Positions 27,254 to 36,768 of a stretch of DNA of 43,303 nt are shown here, piece by piece (the stretch's first letter is position 1; every line of letters begins with the position of its first letter). This DNA is from Candidatus Magasanikiibacteriota bacterium (lineage in GTDB: Bacteria > Patescibacteriota > Patescibacteriia > Magasanikbacterales > UBA10146). The stretch is from NCBI GenBank assembly GCA_016212585.1, contig JACRFU010000062.1, positions 1 to 43,303 of the forward strand, written 5' to 3'. The notes under the pieces were generated by a model, which was given only the letters and a program-made list of their open reading frames with translations, was not told where the DNA came from and made no database searches. A program made the position numbers and the translations under genes.

Positions 27254-27282
27254 TTGATTTTTTTTTAAAAAAATGCTATAAG
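27254..27282 (+). promoter_or_regulatory. Candidate promoter for the 440-aa orphan gene
   Basis: TTGATT, 17 nt, TATAAG with TGC immediately upstream (extended -10-like). Confidence 0.4.
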
Positions 27283-27374
27283 ATACTAATCGAGTGTTCT
27301 TTTATCACTTAAGCGTCCAAAGGGGGGCGCTTTGAATAATCCATACTCTAACCCAAAAAAAGAAAGGGTGAGTC

Positions 27375-28697
27375 ATGAGACAAATCTACGCTTTCCTGCG
27401 GACTCCGGATATCGGACTGCAGATCGCAGGTGCGCCGCATCAAACGCTCGCTGCGTTGCCGACGACAACACAAAAAGTGTTTGAACGGCTGTATAGAGCC
27501 GCGCTGTACTTCAAAAGCAACAAAGAAGCGCCGCGCGCGCCGGTCATCACAGAACTTCTCCAAACATATTTGGACGGACACGATGCCGCGTCCTACTACG
27601 CGCAGCTTCCTGCCGCCATTGTTGAAATCCATGAGTATTTCGCGGATTTTGTGCGGTTCTACCTGCCACGCGATCTCCGCCAGCTCTTCACCTCTGAAGG
27701 TATTATCACGAACATCGATGATCCTGCAGATCTCGTGGTGAGTATTTTCTTTCCTCATGAAATCCATGGAAATGGGAGAACGGAACACATCTCTAGACTT
27801 GCAGAGATCCGTTCATGGATTGCCTTGCGCACATGGTTTTGCGCCGTACGATGGCTTACGGAGAGAAGCATACTCCAACGCGGACGCGATCACATGCAAA
27901 GAATCACTGCGGCGTTTGAAGATGATGTCTTTGAGGCATGCGAGAGAGACAGGATGCGCGTCCTCAACATCACTTACGATCCGCATAGATTCACATTCCG
28001 TGGAATCGCGCATACGCCAAATGGCAAAACAACCATCGCCATGCCGCTCTCCATCCGCCGTATTGACATCAAAGGGTCGCCCGTAGAAGTGATCTTTGAT
28101 AGTCGCGTCAAATCACCCCACTCAGTTTGGAGAAAAATCAGCGCGTCGCGCAGGTTGGCTGATCACCTCGCGGAAATGCTCATTTTCTTCACTGAAGATG
28201 ATTTTAAAAAAACTCTGTCAATGCTGAATCGTGTCGTACTCCATGACGAAACTGCCAAAGTCAAAAACGGCACGCGAGTGGACAGCACACCCAATCTTAA
28301 CGCGTTCACCTATGCTGGAGTGTTCTGGAGCGGGACAATCCATTTAGGAGGCGTCGCCTCAGAGCTTGAATGCTCATCTATAGAGCGATACTTCAACAGC
28401 ATGGCGGGGCTCAACTTGTTCAACCACCTCGCCTATGAAGTACGGCGGCTCATCCGGCAAAGTGCAGACGGGTCTCCCTCTCTCTGGGAGATGATTTTCC
28501 CCGCAGCACTCTATACGCCGCTCACGCTTGACCTCAAAATCAAGATGATCGTGCGTCAGCTTGCGTCAGTTGCACAAGATTTCTATCCGCATGATCAACG
28601 AGCGCGCGTAGAAATTGATCGCGTGAGCAAACTGCTTCTCGCGCATCCTAACGGGGTTGATGATCCGCTCTCGGTAAGAGGTCTCATAAGGATCTAA
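27375..28697 (+). CDS. Hypothetical protein, 440 aa, no recognisable domain
   Basis: Long uninterrupted ORF with AAAGGGTGAG upstream of the ATG and its own terminator. Composition is visibly GC-richer than the surrounding genes. I found no motif I can assign. Confidence 0.7.
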   Translation: MRQIYAFLRTPDIGLQIAGAPHQTLAALPTTTQKVFERLYRAALYFKSNKEAPRAPVITELLQTYLDGHDAASYYAQLPAAIVEIHEYFADFVRFYLPRDLRQLFTSEGIITNIDDPADLVVSIFFPHEIHGNGRTEHISRLAEIRSWIALRTWFCAVRWLTERSILQRGRDHMQRITAAFEDDVFEACERDRMRVLNITYDPHRFTFRGIAHTPNGKTTIAMPLSIRRIDIKGSPVEVIFDSRVKSPHSVWRKISASRRLADHLAEMLIFFTEDDFKKTLSMLNRVVLHDETAKVKNGTRVDSTPNLNAFTYAGVFWSGTIHLGGVASELECSSIERYFNSMAGLNLFNHLAYEVRRLIRQSADGSPSLWEMIFPAALYTPLTLDLKIKMIVRQLASVAQDFYPHDQRARVEIDRVSKLLLAHPNGVDDPLSVRGLIRI

Positions 28698-28730
28698 GCG
28701 ACTTCGCATCACACATCAAAATACTAACCA

Positions 28731-28754
28731 AACACCCCAACCGGTGTTTTTTTA
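28731..28754 (+). terminator. Intrinsic terminator of the 440-aa ORF
   Basis: AACACC, CCAACC loop, GGTGTT, followed by a T run. Confidence 0.55.
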
Positions 28755-28806
28755 TAACAAAAAATCGTCCCAACACGCGCTGGGGCGATTCCTCATTTTG
28801 TAAATC

Positions 28807-28988
28807 TATGGACATCACATTTAGAAATCGCACTAAGCATTCTTTAATATGGATGATGTGCGAGCACGTTGGAACGAAAAAATAAGCGAGCTGTATTACC
28901 TATACAGCGAGCTTATTTTTTTGTGAAACGAGAAGCACATCGCCATAGTAATGGATTATGAGTGCGATTTCTAAATGTGATGTCCATA
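28807..28988. mobile_element. Family C palindromic element (182 bp) overlapping the 3' end of ndk
   Basis: Perfect 28-bp inverted repeat TATGGACATCACATTTAGAAATCGCACT (28807-28834 and 28961-28988). The arms continue as an imperfect palindrome to a central hairpin. Confidence 0.75.
28875..28922. terminator. Bidirectional terminator-like hairpin at the centre of the family C palindrome
   Basis: AATAAGCGAGCTGTAT (28881-28896) pairs with ATACAGCGAGCTTATT (28902-28917), leaving a 2-nt internal mismatch. An A run lies on one side and a T run on the other. Confidence 0.45.
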
Positions 28989-29567
28989 CACTACATCTCT
29001 GCGCTCGTAAGAAAAAATCTGATCCGGCGCAAACCAATGGCTGATTTCATGCTGTGCTTCTTCCGGCGTTTCCGAGGCGTGCACAATGTTCATGACCGCG
29101 CGCTTTTCTTTGTTTGCCACCGCAGCGCTGTCTGTGGAATAATCGCCGCGTATAGTGCCCATATCCGCCAATACCGGCATGGTGTTGCCCACGAGTTTGC
29201 GAATCATATCCACCGCGTGCGGACCCTCAACCACCATCTTTACGAGCGGAGCCGAGGTCATATAATCAACCAGCCACTTGCGCACCATTTGTCCGATTGT
29301 CAGCTTGTCCGTGGTACCCAATTCTTTCATGGCGTCATAACCGTATTTTTCATAGGTAGAGAGTGTCTTCTCTCCAAGACGGCCAATCCATATTTCCGTT
29401 TTTGGATAATGATTGTCAATCTGATCATGAGTGGGCTGAAACATCTGAAGCGCCACAATTTTGAGCCCGCGTTGTTCTATGCGCTGGATAATCTCTCCGG
29501 CAAGACCGCGGATGACACCGTCCGGTTTTACCATGACAAACGACTGTTCAAGACGAGGATTCTGCAT
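28971..29567 (-). CDS. ndk: Nucleoside diphosphate kinase (long form)
   Basis: Starts with SFVMVKPDGV and has NIVHASETPEEAQHEISHWF. The last 6 codons (YGHHI-stop) lie inside the family C inverted repeat. Confidence 0.88.
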   Translation of the reverse strand: MQNPRLEQSFVMVKPDGVIRGLAGEIIQRIEQRGLKIVALQMFQPTHDQIDNHYPKTEIWIGRLGEKTLSTYEKYGYDAMKELGTTDKLTIGQMVRKWLVDYMTSAPLVKMVVEGPHAVDMIRKLVGNTMPVLADMGTIRGDYSTDSAAVANKEKRAVMNIVHASETPEEAQHEISHWFAPDQIFSYERRDVVYGHHI

Positions 29568-29630
29568 ATGTATGATTTAATAATTCAAGTGAGCATAGGA
29601 TAACAAAAAATCTGAGATTTGGCAAGTAGC

Positions 29631-31697
29631 TTACAGCTCATCAATTTCACGTAAAAAGCCTTTGCGTTTTTTGGGCGTTGCGGCGCGTGAAGCACTCACG
29701 GATTCTTCTTCAAACGGCACCTGCACGTCTTCATCTATCACCATCGTTGGAACATCATCATTCCATTGCCCGTTGCCGTCCATCACGGTATCGTCTGTTT
29801 TCTTAACAAGAGAAGGATGAAGCTCCTGAAGAAACTGCGACGCCTGATGCACAATGCTTGGGTCGCGCGCGTCCAGCATGGTGTAGGTCAAAAAAAGTTC
29901 TCGTTGCGCGCGGGTTACCGCAACATAAAACAAGCGCCGCTCCTCCTCTTCACCTCCTGCTTCTGACAATGCGCGTTCATTGGGGAACGCGCCATTGACC
30001 AAATTGATTACAAAAACCGTATCCCACTCCAACCCCTTTGCCTGATGAATGGTGGACAATATCAAGCGGTCGCGTGTATTGCCCGCCTTGTCTTTTGAAC
30101 CATACGCGTCGTCAAGCGTCGCGGAATCCAAAAAATCTTTTGTACTTTTTGCGTGAGAAGCAAATTGCGCCAACTGCTCCAAATCCCCCACCCGATCTTC
30201 ATAATTTTCAAATGTGTCTTTGAGATAATCAGCATACGCGGATTGTGCTATTCCTTCTATAAATCCGCTCGGGTGATCCCCTTTTTTCTTCATTTCTTGA
30301 ATAATACTCATCATATTTTCCCAGCCGGTGCGGGCGCGAGCGGGCAAAGGCTCGTGTAAAATGGCTTGCAAAACAGCCTCCAAATCTCCATGCGCCATAA
30401 TACGCTCCACCAGCGCGCGAGCGGTCTCGTGTCCAATCCCCGGTTGAAGTGGAAGAACACGCAGCCACGCCATGCGATCTTTATGATTAGAAATAATCCG
30501 CAAAAAACCCAGCACATCTTTAATATGCGCGCGGTCAAAAAAACGCATCCCTCCGCGGAATTCATACGGAATATTATTTTTTACCAGCTCCATTTCCAGC
30601 GCGCGCGCTGAAAAAGCACCGCGAAACAACGCTGCCATAGAGGCGAGCGGCCTTCCGGCACTTGCCGAGCGTGCGACTTTTTGCACAATATATTGCGCTT
30701 CTTGAGCAGGCGTCATGTGCACGGTAACATGAGGCTTGACATTTGATGCGTGGTGGGCTTTAAGCGTTTTTTTAAATTGTTTTTTGTTTTGCGCGATAAC
30801 ATCATTTGCCAAAAACAAAATCTCCGGCGAGGAACGATAATTTGTTTCCAATTTAAATGTTTTTGCTCCCGCAAATTCTTTGGGAAAATTCAAAATGTTA
30901 TGAATATCCGCCGCGCGAAACGAGTAAATGGATTGCGCGTCATCTCCCACCACCAATAAATTCTTGTGGATATCGGCAAGCAAACGGACAATCTTTGCCT
31001 GCAGTTTGTTGGTATCCTGAAACTCGTCAACCAAAATATATTTAAACTGTTCCGCCCATTTGTTCCGTATGGTTTCATGATCTTCCAATAACTCCAGCCA
31101 ATAGGTGAGTAGGTCATCAAAATCCATTACATTTGCGCGTCTTTTTTCCCGTTTATACCGCTCGGAAACACTCTTAAGCGCGTCGGTAAACGACATAAAA
31201 CGAGGGTATTTGAGCTCTATTGCCTCATCAAGCGGCAACTCTGTGTTGCGGGCGTAAGAAACCATAGAAAGCAATGTGGACGCCGCGGGAGTTTTTTTGC
31301 TTTTGGTATCCAGACCTTCTTCTTGAAGGCAATGTTTGAGCAAAACCTCCGCGTCATCTTGATCCATAATCGTGAAATTTTTTTCAAACCCAATCGCGCG
31401 CGCTTCCATGCGCAACACGCGGCTCGCGACAGAGTGAAAGGTGCCGCTCCACAAACCTTTAACTTTTTCACCCATCAATTTTTCAACGCGCGTAAGCATC
31501 TCTTTTGCGGCCTTGTTGGTAAATGTCAAAAGAAGTATCGCCGATGGCACGATACTCTTTTCCAACAAATAGGCGACACGATAGGTGATGACTCTTGTTT
31601 TGCCGGAACCTGCTCCCGCGAGCACGAGTACATACCCGTCGCCTTGTTTGACAATCTCATACTGCTCGCTGTTGAGCTCTTTCTTAAAATCTATCAT
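29631..31697 (-). CDS. UvrD/PcrA/Rep-family ATP-dependent DNA helicase
   Basis: 688 aa with LAGAGSGKTRV (Walker A), ILVDEFQDTN, VGDDAQSIYSFRAA, TIHQAKGLEWD and YVAVTRA. Confidence 0.92.
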   Translation of the reverse strand: MIDFKKELNSEQYEIVKQGDGYVLVLAGAGSGKTRVITYRVAYLLEKSIVPSAILLLTFTNKAAKEMLTRVEKLMGEKVKGLWSGTFHSVASRVLRMEARAIGFEKNFTIMDQDDAEVLLKHCLQEEGLDTKSKKTPAASTLLSMVSYARNTELPLDEAIELKYPRFMSFTDALKSVSERYKREKRRANVMDFDDLLTYWLELLEDHETIRNKWAEQFKYILVDEFQDTNKLQAKIVRLLADIHKNLLVVGDDAQSIYSFRAADIHNILNFPKEFAGAKTFKLETNYRSSPEILFLANDVIAQNKKQFKKTLKAHHASNVKPHVTVHMTPAQEAQYIVQKVARSASAGRPLASMAALFRGAFSARALEMELVKNNIPYEFRGGMRFFDRAHIKDVLGFLRIISNHKDRMAWLRVLPLQPGIGHETARALVERIMAHGDLEAVLQAILHEPLPARARTGWENMMSIIQEMKKKGDHPSGFIEGIAQSAYADYLKDTFENYEDRVGDLEQLAQFASHAKSTKDFLDSATLDDAYGSKDKAGNTRDRLILSTIHQAKGLEWDTVFVINLVNGAFPNERALSEAGGEEEERRLFYVAVTRAQRELFLTYTMLDARDPSIVHQASQFLQELHPSLVKKTDDTVMDGNGQWNDDVPTMVIDEDVQVPFEEESVSASRAATPKKRKGFLREIDEL

Positions 31698-31700
31698 GCG

Positions 31701-32090
31701 CTATTTGGTATTCAGACACTGCACGCCTTTAAGCACCACGTCCGGAGTCGGCTTGTATTGAGGATTTGCAAGAATATCCGCCAAATTTTTTTCACCTAAT
31801 TGTTTTGCCAAACACGCTTTTTCCGCCGGTTTGAGCGAATCATAAAACCCTTTGACCGTGCCAAATTGTCCCATTTTCTGCATCATTTCTTGAATGCCGC
31901 TCAGTTGTGTGCCACCCAATCCGCTCATTTTTCCGCCAAAACCTTCCGAGCTTAAAGCACTCATCATGGGAGCAATACCCTGCCATGGCTTTGCTTTAGC
32001 AAGCGCGAAACCACTTACCAAGAGAACGAGTCCAATACCTGCCCATACAACAAAAAATATGGTTCCGAACAAATGGTATATAAATTTCAT
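31701..32090 (-). CDS. Small membrane-anchored/secreted hypothetical protein
   Basis: Start placed at the ATG giving MKFIYHLFGTIFFVVWAGIGLVLLV (one TM/signal segment). The TTG start at 32120 listed in the ORF track is only 4 nt from MITE copy 7. Confidence 0.55.
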   Translation of the reverse strand: MKFIYHLFGTIFFVVWAGIGLVLLVSGFALAKAKPWQGIAPMMSALSSEGFGGKMSGLGGTQLSGIQEMMQKMGQFGTVKGFYDSLKPAEKACLAKQLGEKNLADILANPQYKPTPDVVLKGVQCLNTK

Positions 32091-32124
32091 ATGATATATA
32101 AAAAATAACTTATGGCTCAATTAT

Positions 32125-32204
32125 GAGTCTGCCGCCGAATGCTATGCCCGTAACAAAATGTACGTATGCGCATTGCAGTCAAAATTGCATTCGGTGGCAG
32201 ATCC
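32125..32204 (+). mobile_element. Family A internally deleted derivative (80 bp), copy 7
   Basis: GAGTCTGCCGCCGAATGCTATGCCCGTAACAAAATG joined to TACGTATGCGCATTGCAGTCAAAATTGCATTCGGTGGCAGATCC. Flanked by a perfect direct repeat ATTAT (32120-32124 and 32205-32209). Confidence 0.8.
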
Positions 32205-32221
32205 ATTATATCAGACTCGTG

Positions 32222-32253
32222 AAAAAAAAGAAACTTCAGCGGTTTGACTGAAG
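32222..32253 (-). terminator. Intrinsic terminator downstream of the 32288-32953 gene
   Basis: CTTCAG, 8-nt loop, CTGAAG, followed on the minus strand by TTTCTTTTTTTT. Confidence 0.55.
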
Positions 32254-32287
32254 TGTGGAAAAATTGGTTTGACATCGCCTCGTATGA

Positions 32288-32953
32288 TTACGCGGATGGC
32301 GCGTCCAAAGCAGTTGAATCTGCTTCTTGCTTAAAAGCTCCGCGCAATAGATCACACAGATACCGGCGGGCATGGCCGTGGTCAAGCCGCCAGCTTTCAA
32401 GCAACGCGTAGAGCACATGCATGGTTTCCAGACGATCACTGATCAGTGTCCGATGAGGATGATTATCATGGATATCTCCAACGCAATCACCAACCACCAG
32501 TGCACGATCGAATTTTCGTGTCTGACGATTGTAAAGTTGAAAAATCCATCCATGCGGCAATGGAGACACTCTTATCTCGTCGATATAAACACGCAAAGTC
32601 AAGTTGAGAGATGCCTTGACAAACATGCTCATATCACGCACTCGCGCGATAGTCCTCACTGTTGTATCAAAAAGATACACTGCGGTCGATGCTCTTTGCT
32701 CACCATATAATGACTCGTCGAAATTAATAAGGTGGATACCAAGCTGAATGCAATTCGCTGGATCCGCAAGATCAATCGCGTCGGCGAGCATCTCATAAAG
32801 AAACACGTCGTGAGATACATCATGCGCTCTTTCGCAAGAGGTCAGGTATCCCGCTACAATAGGAAGCACCGCGCGCCAAGACATATAATGAACATCTCCA
32901 AGATGTTGAAGGTGTTGAGTTGTTTCAAGGAGCAATAGAAGTTTGCTATCCAT
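32288..32953 (-). CDS. Hypothetical protein (221 aa), His/Asp-rich, no recognisable domain
   Basis: Start placed at MDSKLLLLLE, preceded by GGGAGG 5 nt upstream. Looks GC-richer than neighbours by eye. Bracketed by family A remnants. Confidence 0.65.
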   Translation of the reverse strand: MDSKLLLLLETTQHLQHLGDVHYMSWRAVLPIVAGYLTSCERAHDVSHDVFLYEMLADAIDLADPANCIQLGIHLINFDESLYGEQRASTAVYLFDTTVRTIARVRDMSMFVKASLNLTLRVYIDEIRVSPLPHGWIFQLYNRQTRKFDRALVVGDCVGDIHDNHPHRTLISDRLETMHVLYALLESWRLDHGHARRYLCDLLRGAFKQEADSTALDAPSA

Positions 32954-32964
32954 CTTAACCTCCC

Positions 32965-33053
32965 ACAAAATGTGGTTGAATGATACACTGAGACGAAAAA
33001 TTTTGAAACAACTATGGCCGAACTATGTCAAAATGGCATTCGACGACAGACAC
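32965..33053 (+). repeat. Family A partial copy 8 (right half, left terminus missing)
   Basis: ..GAAAAATTTTGAAACAACTATGGCCGAACTATG-TCAAAATGGCATTCGACGACAGACAC matches the right half of copy 5. Confidence 0.75.
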
Positions 33054-33149
33054 AATACAAGACCATATCACATTTCAAACACAAACGCAACATCGGATAG
33101 GATATGTGTCAACGGGAAATAGAAATGTCCTATAGACATCCTGCCTTAA

Positions 33150-34367
<1,218 letters not shown>

Positions 34368-34661
34368 TTACGCCTTTCGCACATATCCGTGGCACACATC
34401 CACAAGAATCTTATCACCATCTTTGAACACTTTAGTGTCATGTTTAGTGCCAATTACACATGGCTTATTGAGCTCACGAGCAACAATTGCCGACTCGTTT
34501 TTTTCAAAGTGCTTTTTCACAAACATTCGCGCATTTTTGCCTGTTATAATTTTTTGTGTTTCAGAAAAATGCAATGAGTAACGTTTACGCTCTCGTAATT
34601 CTTTGCGTGATATATTCACGCGCCAGGTCTGAATCAACGCGCGCGCTTCGCTCAGCGCCAA
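34368..34661 (-). pseudogene. Remnant of a PEP-utilising mobile (swivel) domain gene lacking the phospho-His
   Basis: SAIVARELNKPCVIGTKHDTKVFKDGDKILVDV parallels [34 protein letters not shown] of the 38734-40167 protein. The GGxTSH segment and the whole N-terminal region are missing. Confidence 0.6.
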
Positions 34662-34708
34662 GTAACCAAATTCTTCATGAGTGAAGCTTTCTTCGCTATT
34701 CTTACATC

Positions 34709-35278
34709 TTAATGTATAAACATCGCGTCGCCGAAAGAGAAAAATTTATAGCCGTATTTTTTTGCTTCTTCGTAGGACGTCAAAACGCGCTCACGGAGCG
34801 CAAACGCGGACACAAGCATGAGCAATGTTGACTTGGGCAGATGAAAGTTGGTAATGAGCGCGTCCACAATACGAAACTCGAAAACTCCCCCGTCATGCAC
34901 CGCTTTGCCGACAATGCCTTTTATCCCCTCTTGAAATTCAACTACTACACCCTCTTTGAGTTTATGTCCGGGTTTGCCAAGTGCTTCCCACACACACGAA
35001 TCCGCGCCCATACTCACCGGCTTTAACAAAAAAATTTCAACGCCTGATTTTGTATTGCCTTGCAGGCAGCCATTGAGCCTGGATCTAAATACTTTGATGT
35101 TGTTGAGCACCAACACATCTCCGGCGCGCATTAGTGCCGTAATTTCAAAAAATTTCCGATGTACCGTCTCGCCTGTTTTACGATCTAACACCAACAATTT
35201 GCACGCGTCGCGCTTGGCTTGCGGCTCTTGGGCAATAAATTCGTGGGGTAAAAAATAATCAAAATCCGAGGTGAGCAT
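34709..35278 (-). pseudogene. queA: queA (S-adenosylmethionine:tRNA ribosyltransferase-isomerase) with an in-frame internal deletion of ~150 aa
   Basis: 189 aa. The N-terminus [25 protein letters not shown] and C-terminus [22 protein letters not shown]...[10 protein letters not shown] are canonical QueA. The central part (PLPPYI, AAPTAGLHF) is absent; bacterial QueA is about 340 aa. Confidence 0.7.
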
Positions 35279-35287
35279 AATCGTACA

Positions 35288-36749
35288 CTATTTCAACTTT
35301 TTTACCCATCCATGGTTTGCGTTCACCTCAACTATATCGCCATCACGCAACACTTCCGTCGCAATCTTGGTACCGATAATGCTTGGAATGCCAAGCTCAC
35401 GGGAAACAATCGCCGCGTGAGAAGTAATGCCTCCTTCACTAGTTACTATTGCCGCGGCTTTTTTCATTGCAGGGGACTGTCGCCGAATGCGCTTTTGTAA
35501 CGAAATTTCCAGATTTCTGGACACAATTGTTGAATACATTTTGAGGTTTAACAGGAGTTAAGCCGAAAAATGTTGAAACAATTTTGGATGAAATAGGGGA
35601 ATTGCAGTCAAAATGGCATTCGGCGACAGTCCCTGCAGTGATATAATCCGGCCGCGTCATGACCGCTACCAAAATATCACCCTGTTTAACTTTGTCGGCT
35701 TCCGTGGCCGAATTAAGTATGCGCACAGGGCCAATTGCTCTGCCGGTTGAAGCGGATAACCCCCTAAAATCATCAACTTGGTCATGTGGTTTTTGCCCCA
35801 AAACCATTTTTTTCAATTCTTCCAAGCACGCGCTTGGTACCACCTCAAACGCTTCTCCGACCACAATAAATCCGGATTTTTTTCTACCTTGCAATTCTTT
35901 TCGCGACGGTTCTCTTTTTGACATAATATCTTTAATTTCTACCGGATAGGCAAATTTCAACTCATCCAATGTATAATCCGTGCGCCGGACAACTTCTTTC
36001 AAAATAGTACAACCCATATCAATGTTAAAATAGGTTGCTTTTTTACACTTATCTTGCCACCATGTAAAATCTTCCGAGATCTGTATGAGCGCGCGCAGAA
36101 GCGCGGACAATTTTACTTTTTTAAACAGCGCTTGTTTTTTTATTCTATTCAAGCGCGGCGTTTCATACAAATGTTTCAATTCCTTCTTTAAATCTTTGCC
36201 GCTTTTTTTCCACGCTCTGATTTCTTCTTGAAAATGCTTCACACTCAACACCTGCGCTGTGATATAATTATTCTTGCTCCAATACGAGCGCTTTTGATAG
36301 GCGACTAAATTATCCTTGGAAACGCCCACTATAATTTTAAGCAGTTCTATTTCCGCCTGATTGCTAAATGATTGATGCACGGGCGCAGTGGCAATGCTAA
36401 AAATTTCAGTAAATTGTGATTCTTTAAATCTCGCGGAATTTTTTGAGCCATATAATTCCTTGCGCAGTAGCGCGCTGATAATCTCGTCCGTGCCCAAAGC
36501 AAAATGATCAATCAAAATTGTTGAAGTGGCGCAATTGATGAATAACGTATAGGTGGTATTCCACACTTCAAGAAGTTGCGCATCGGAACATTTTTTTAAA
36601 TCAATCGCAGGGAATGTTTTCCAAAAATATCGTTCATATATCTGTTCATCTTTTTTCCATTTCTTGAGCAATTTTGTTGAAAGCCGAGGGTCTTTTTTGG
36701 CAAGCTCAACAAACCGTTTTGCCGCACACCGTATATCACCCATTTCCAA
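35288..36749 (-). pseudogene. PEP-utilising-enzyme-like gene (paralog of 38734-40167) split by family A copy 9
   Basis: The upstream part ends ..ILVAVMTRPDYITA and the downstream part starts [28 protein letters not shown]. The intact paralog has ..[42 protein letters not shown], so the 166-nt insertion (161-bp element plus 5-bp duplication) sits exactly between A and M. Confidence 0.85.
35473..35633 (+). mobile_element. Family A MITE, full copy 9 (161 bp, subfamily A2) inside a coding sequence
   Basis: GGGACTGTCGCCGAATGC...GCATTCGGCGACAGTCCC, flanked by a perfect 5-bp direct repeat TGCAG (35468-35472 and 35634-35638). Confidence 0.92.
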
Positions 36750-36768
36750 ATACCAATCTGCAAATATA

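Noticed and set aside
35473-35633. The element inside the PEP-utilising gene might be a self-splicing intron or intein-like in-frame insert.
   Set aside because: At 166 nt it is not a multiple of 3. I see no group I or group II core motifs. The perfect 5-bp direct repeat and TIRs are signatures of DNA transposition. RNA-level removal cannot be excluded without transcript data, but nothing in the sequence supports it.
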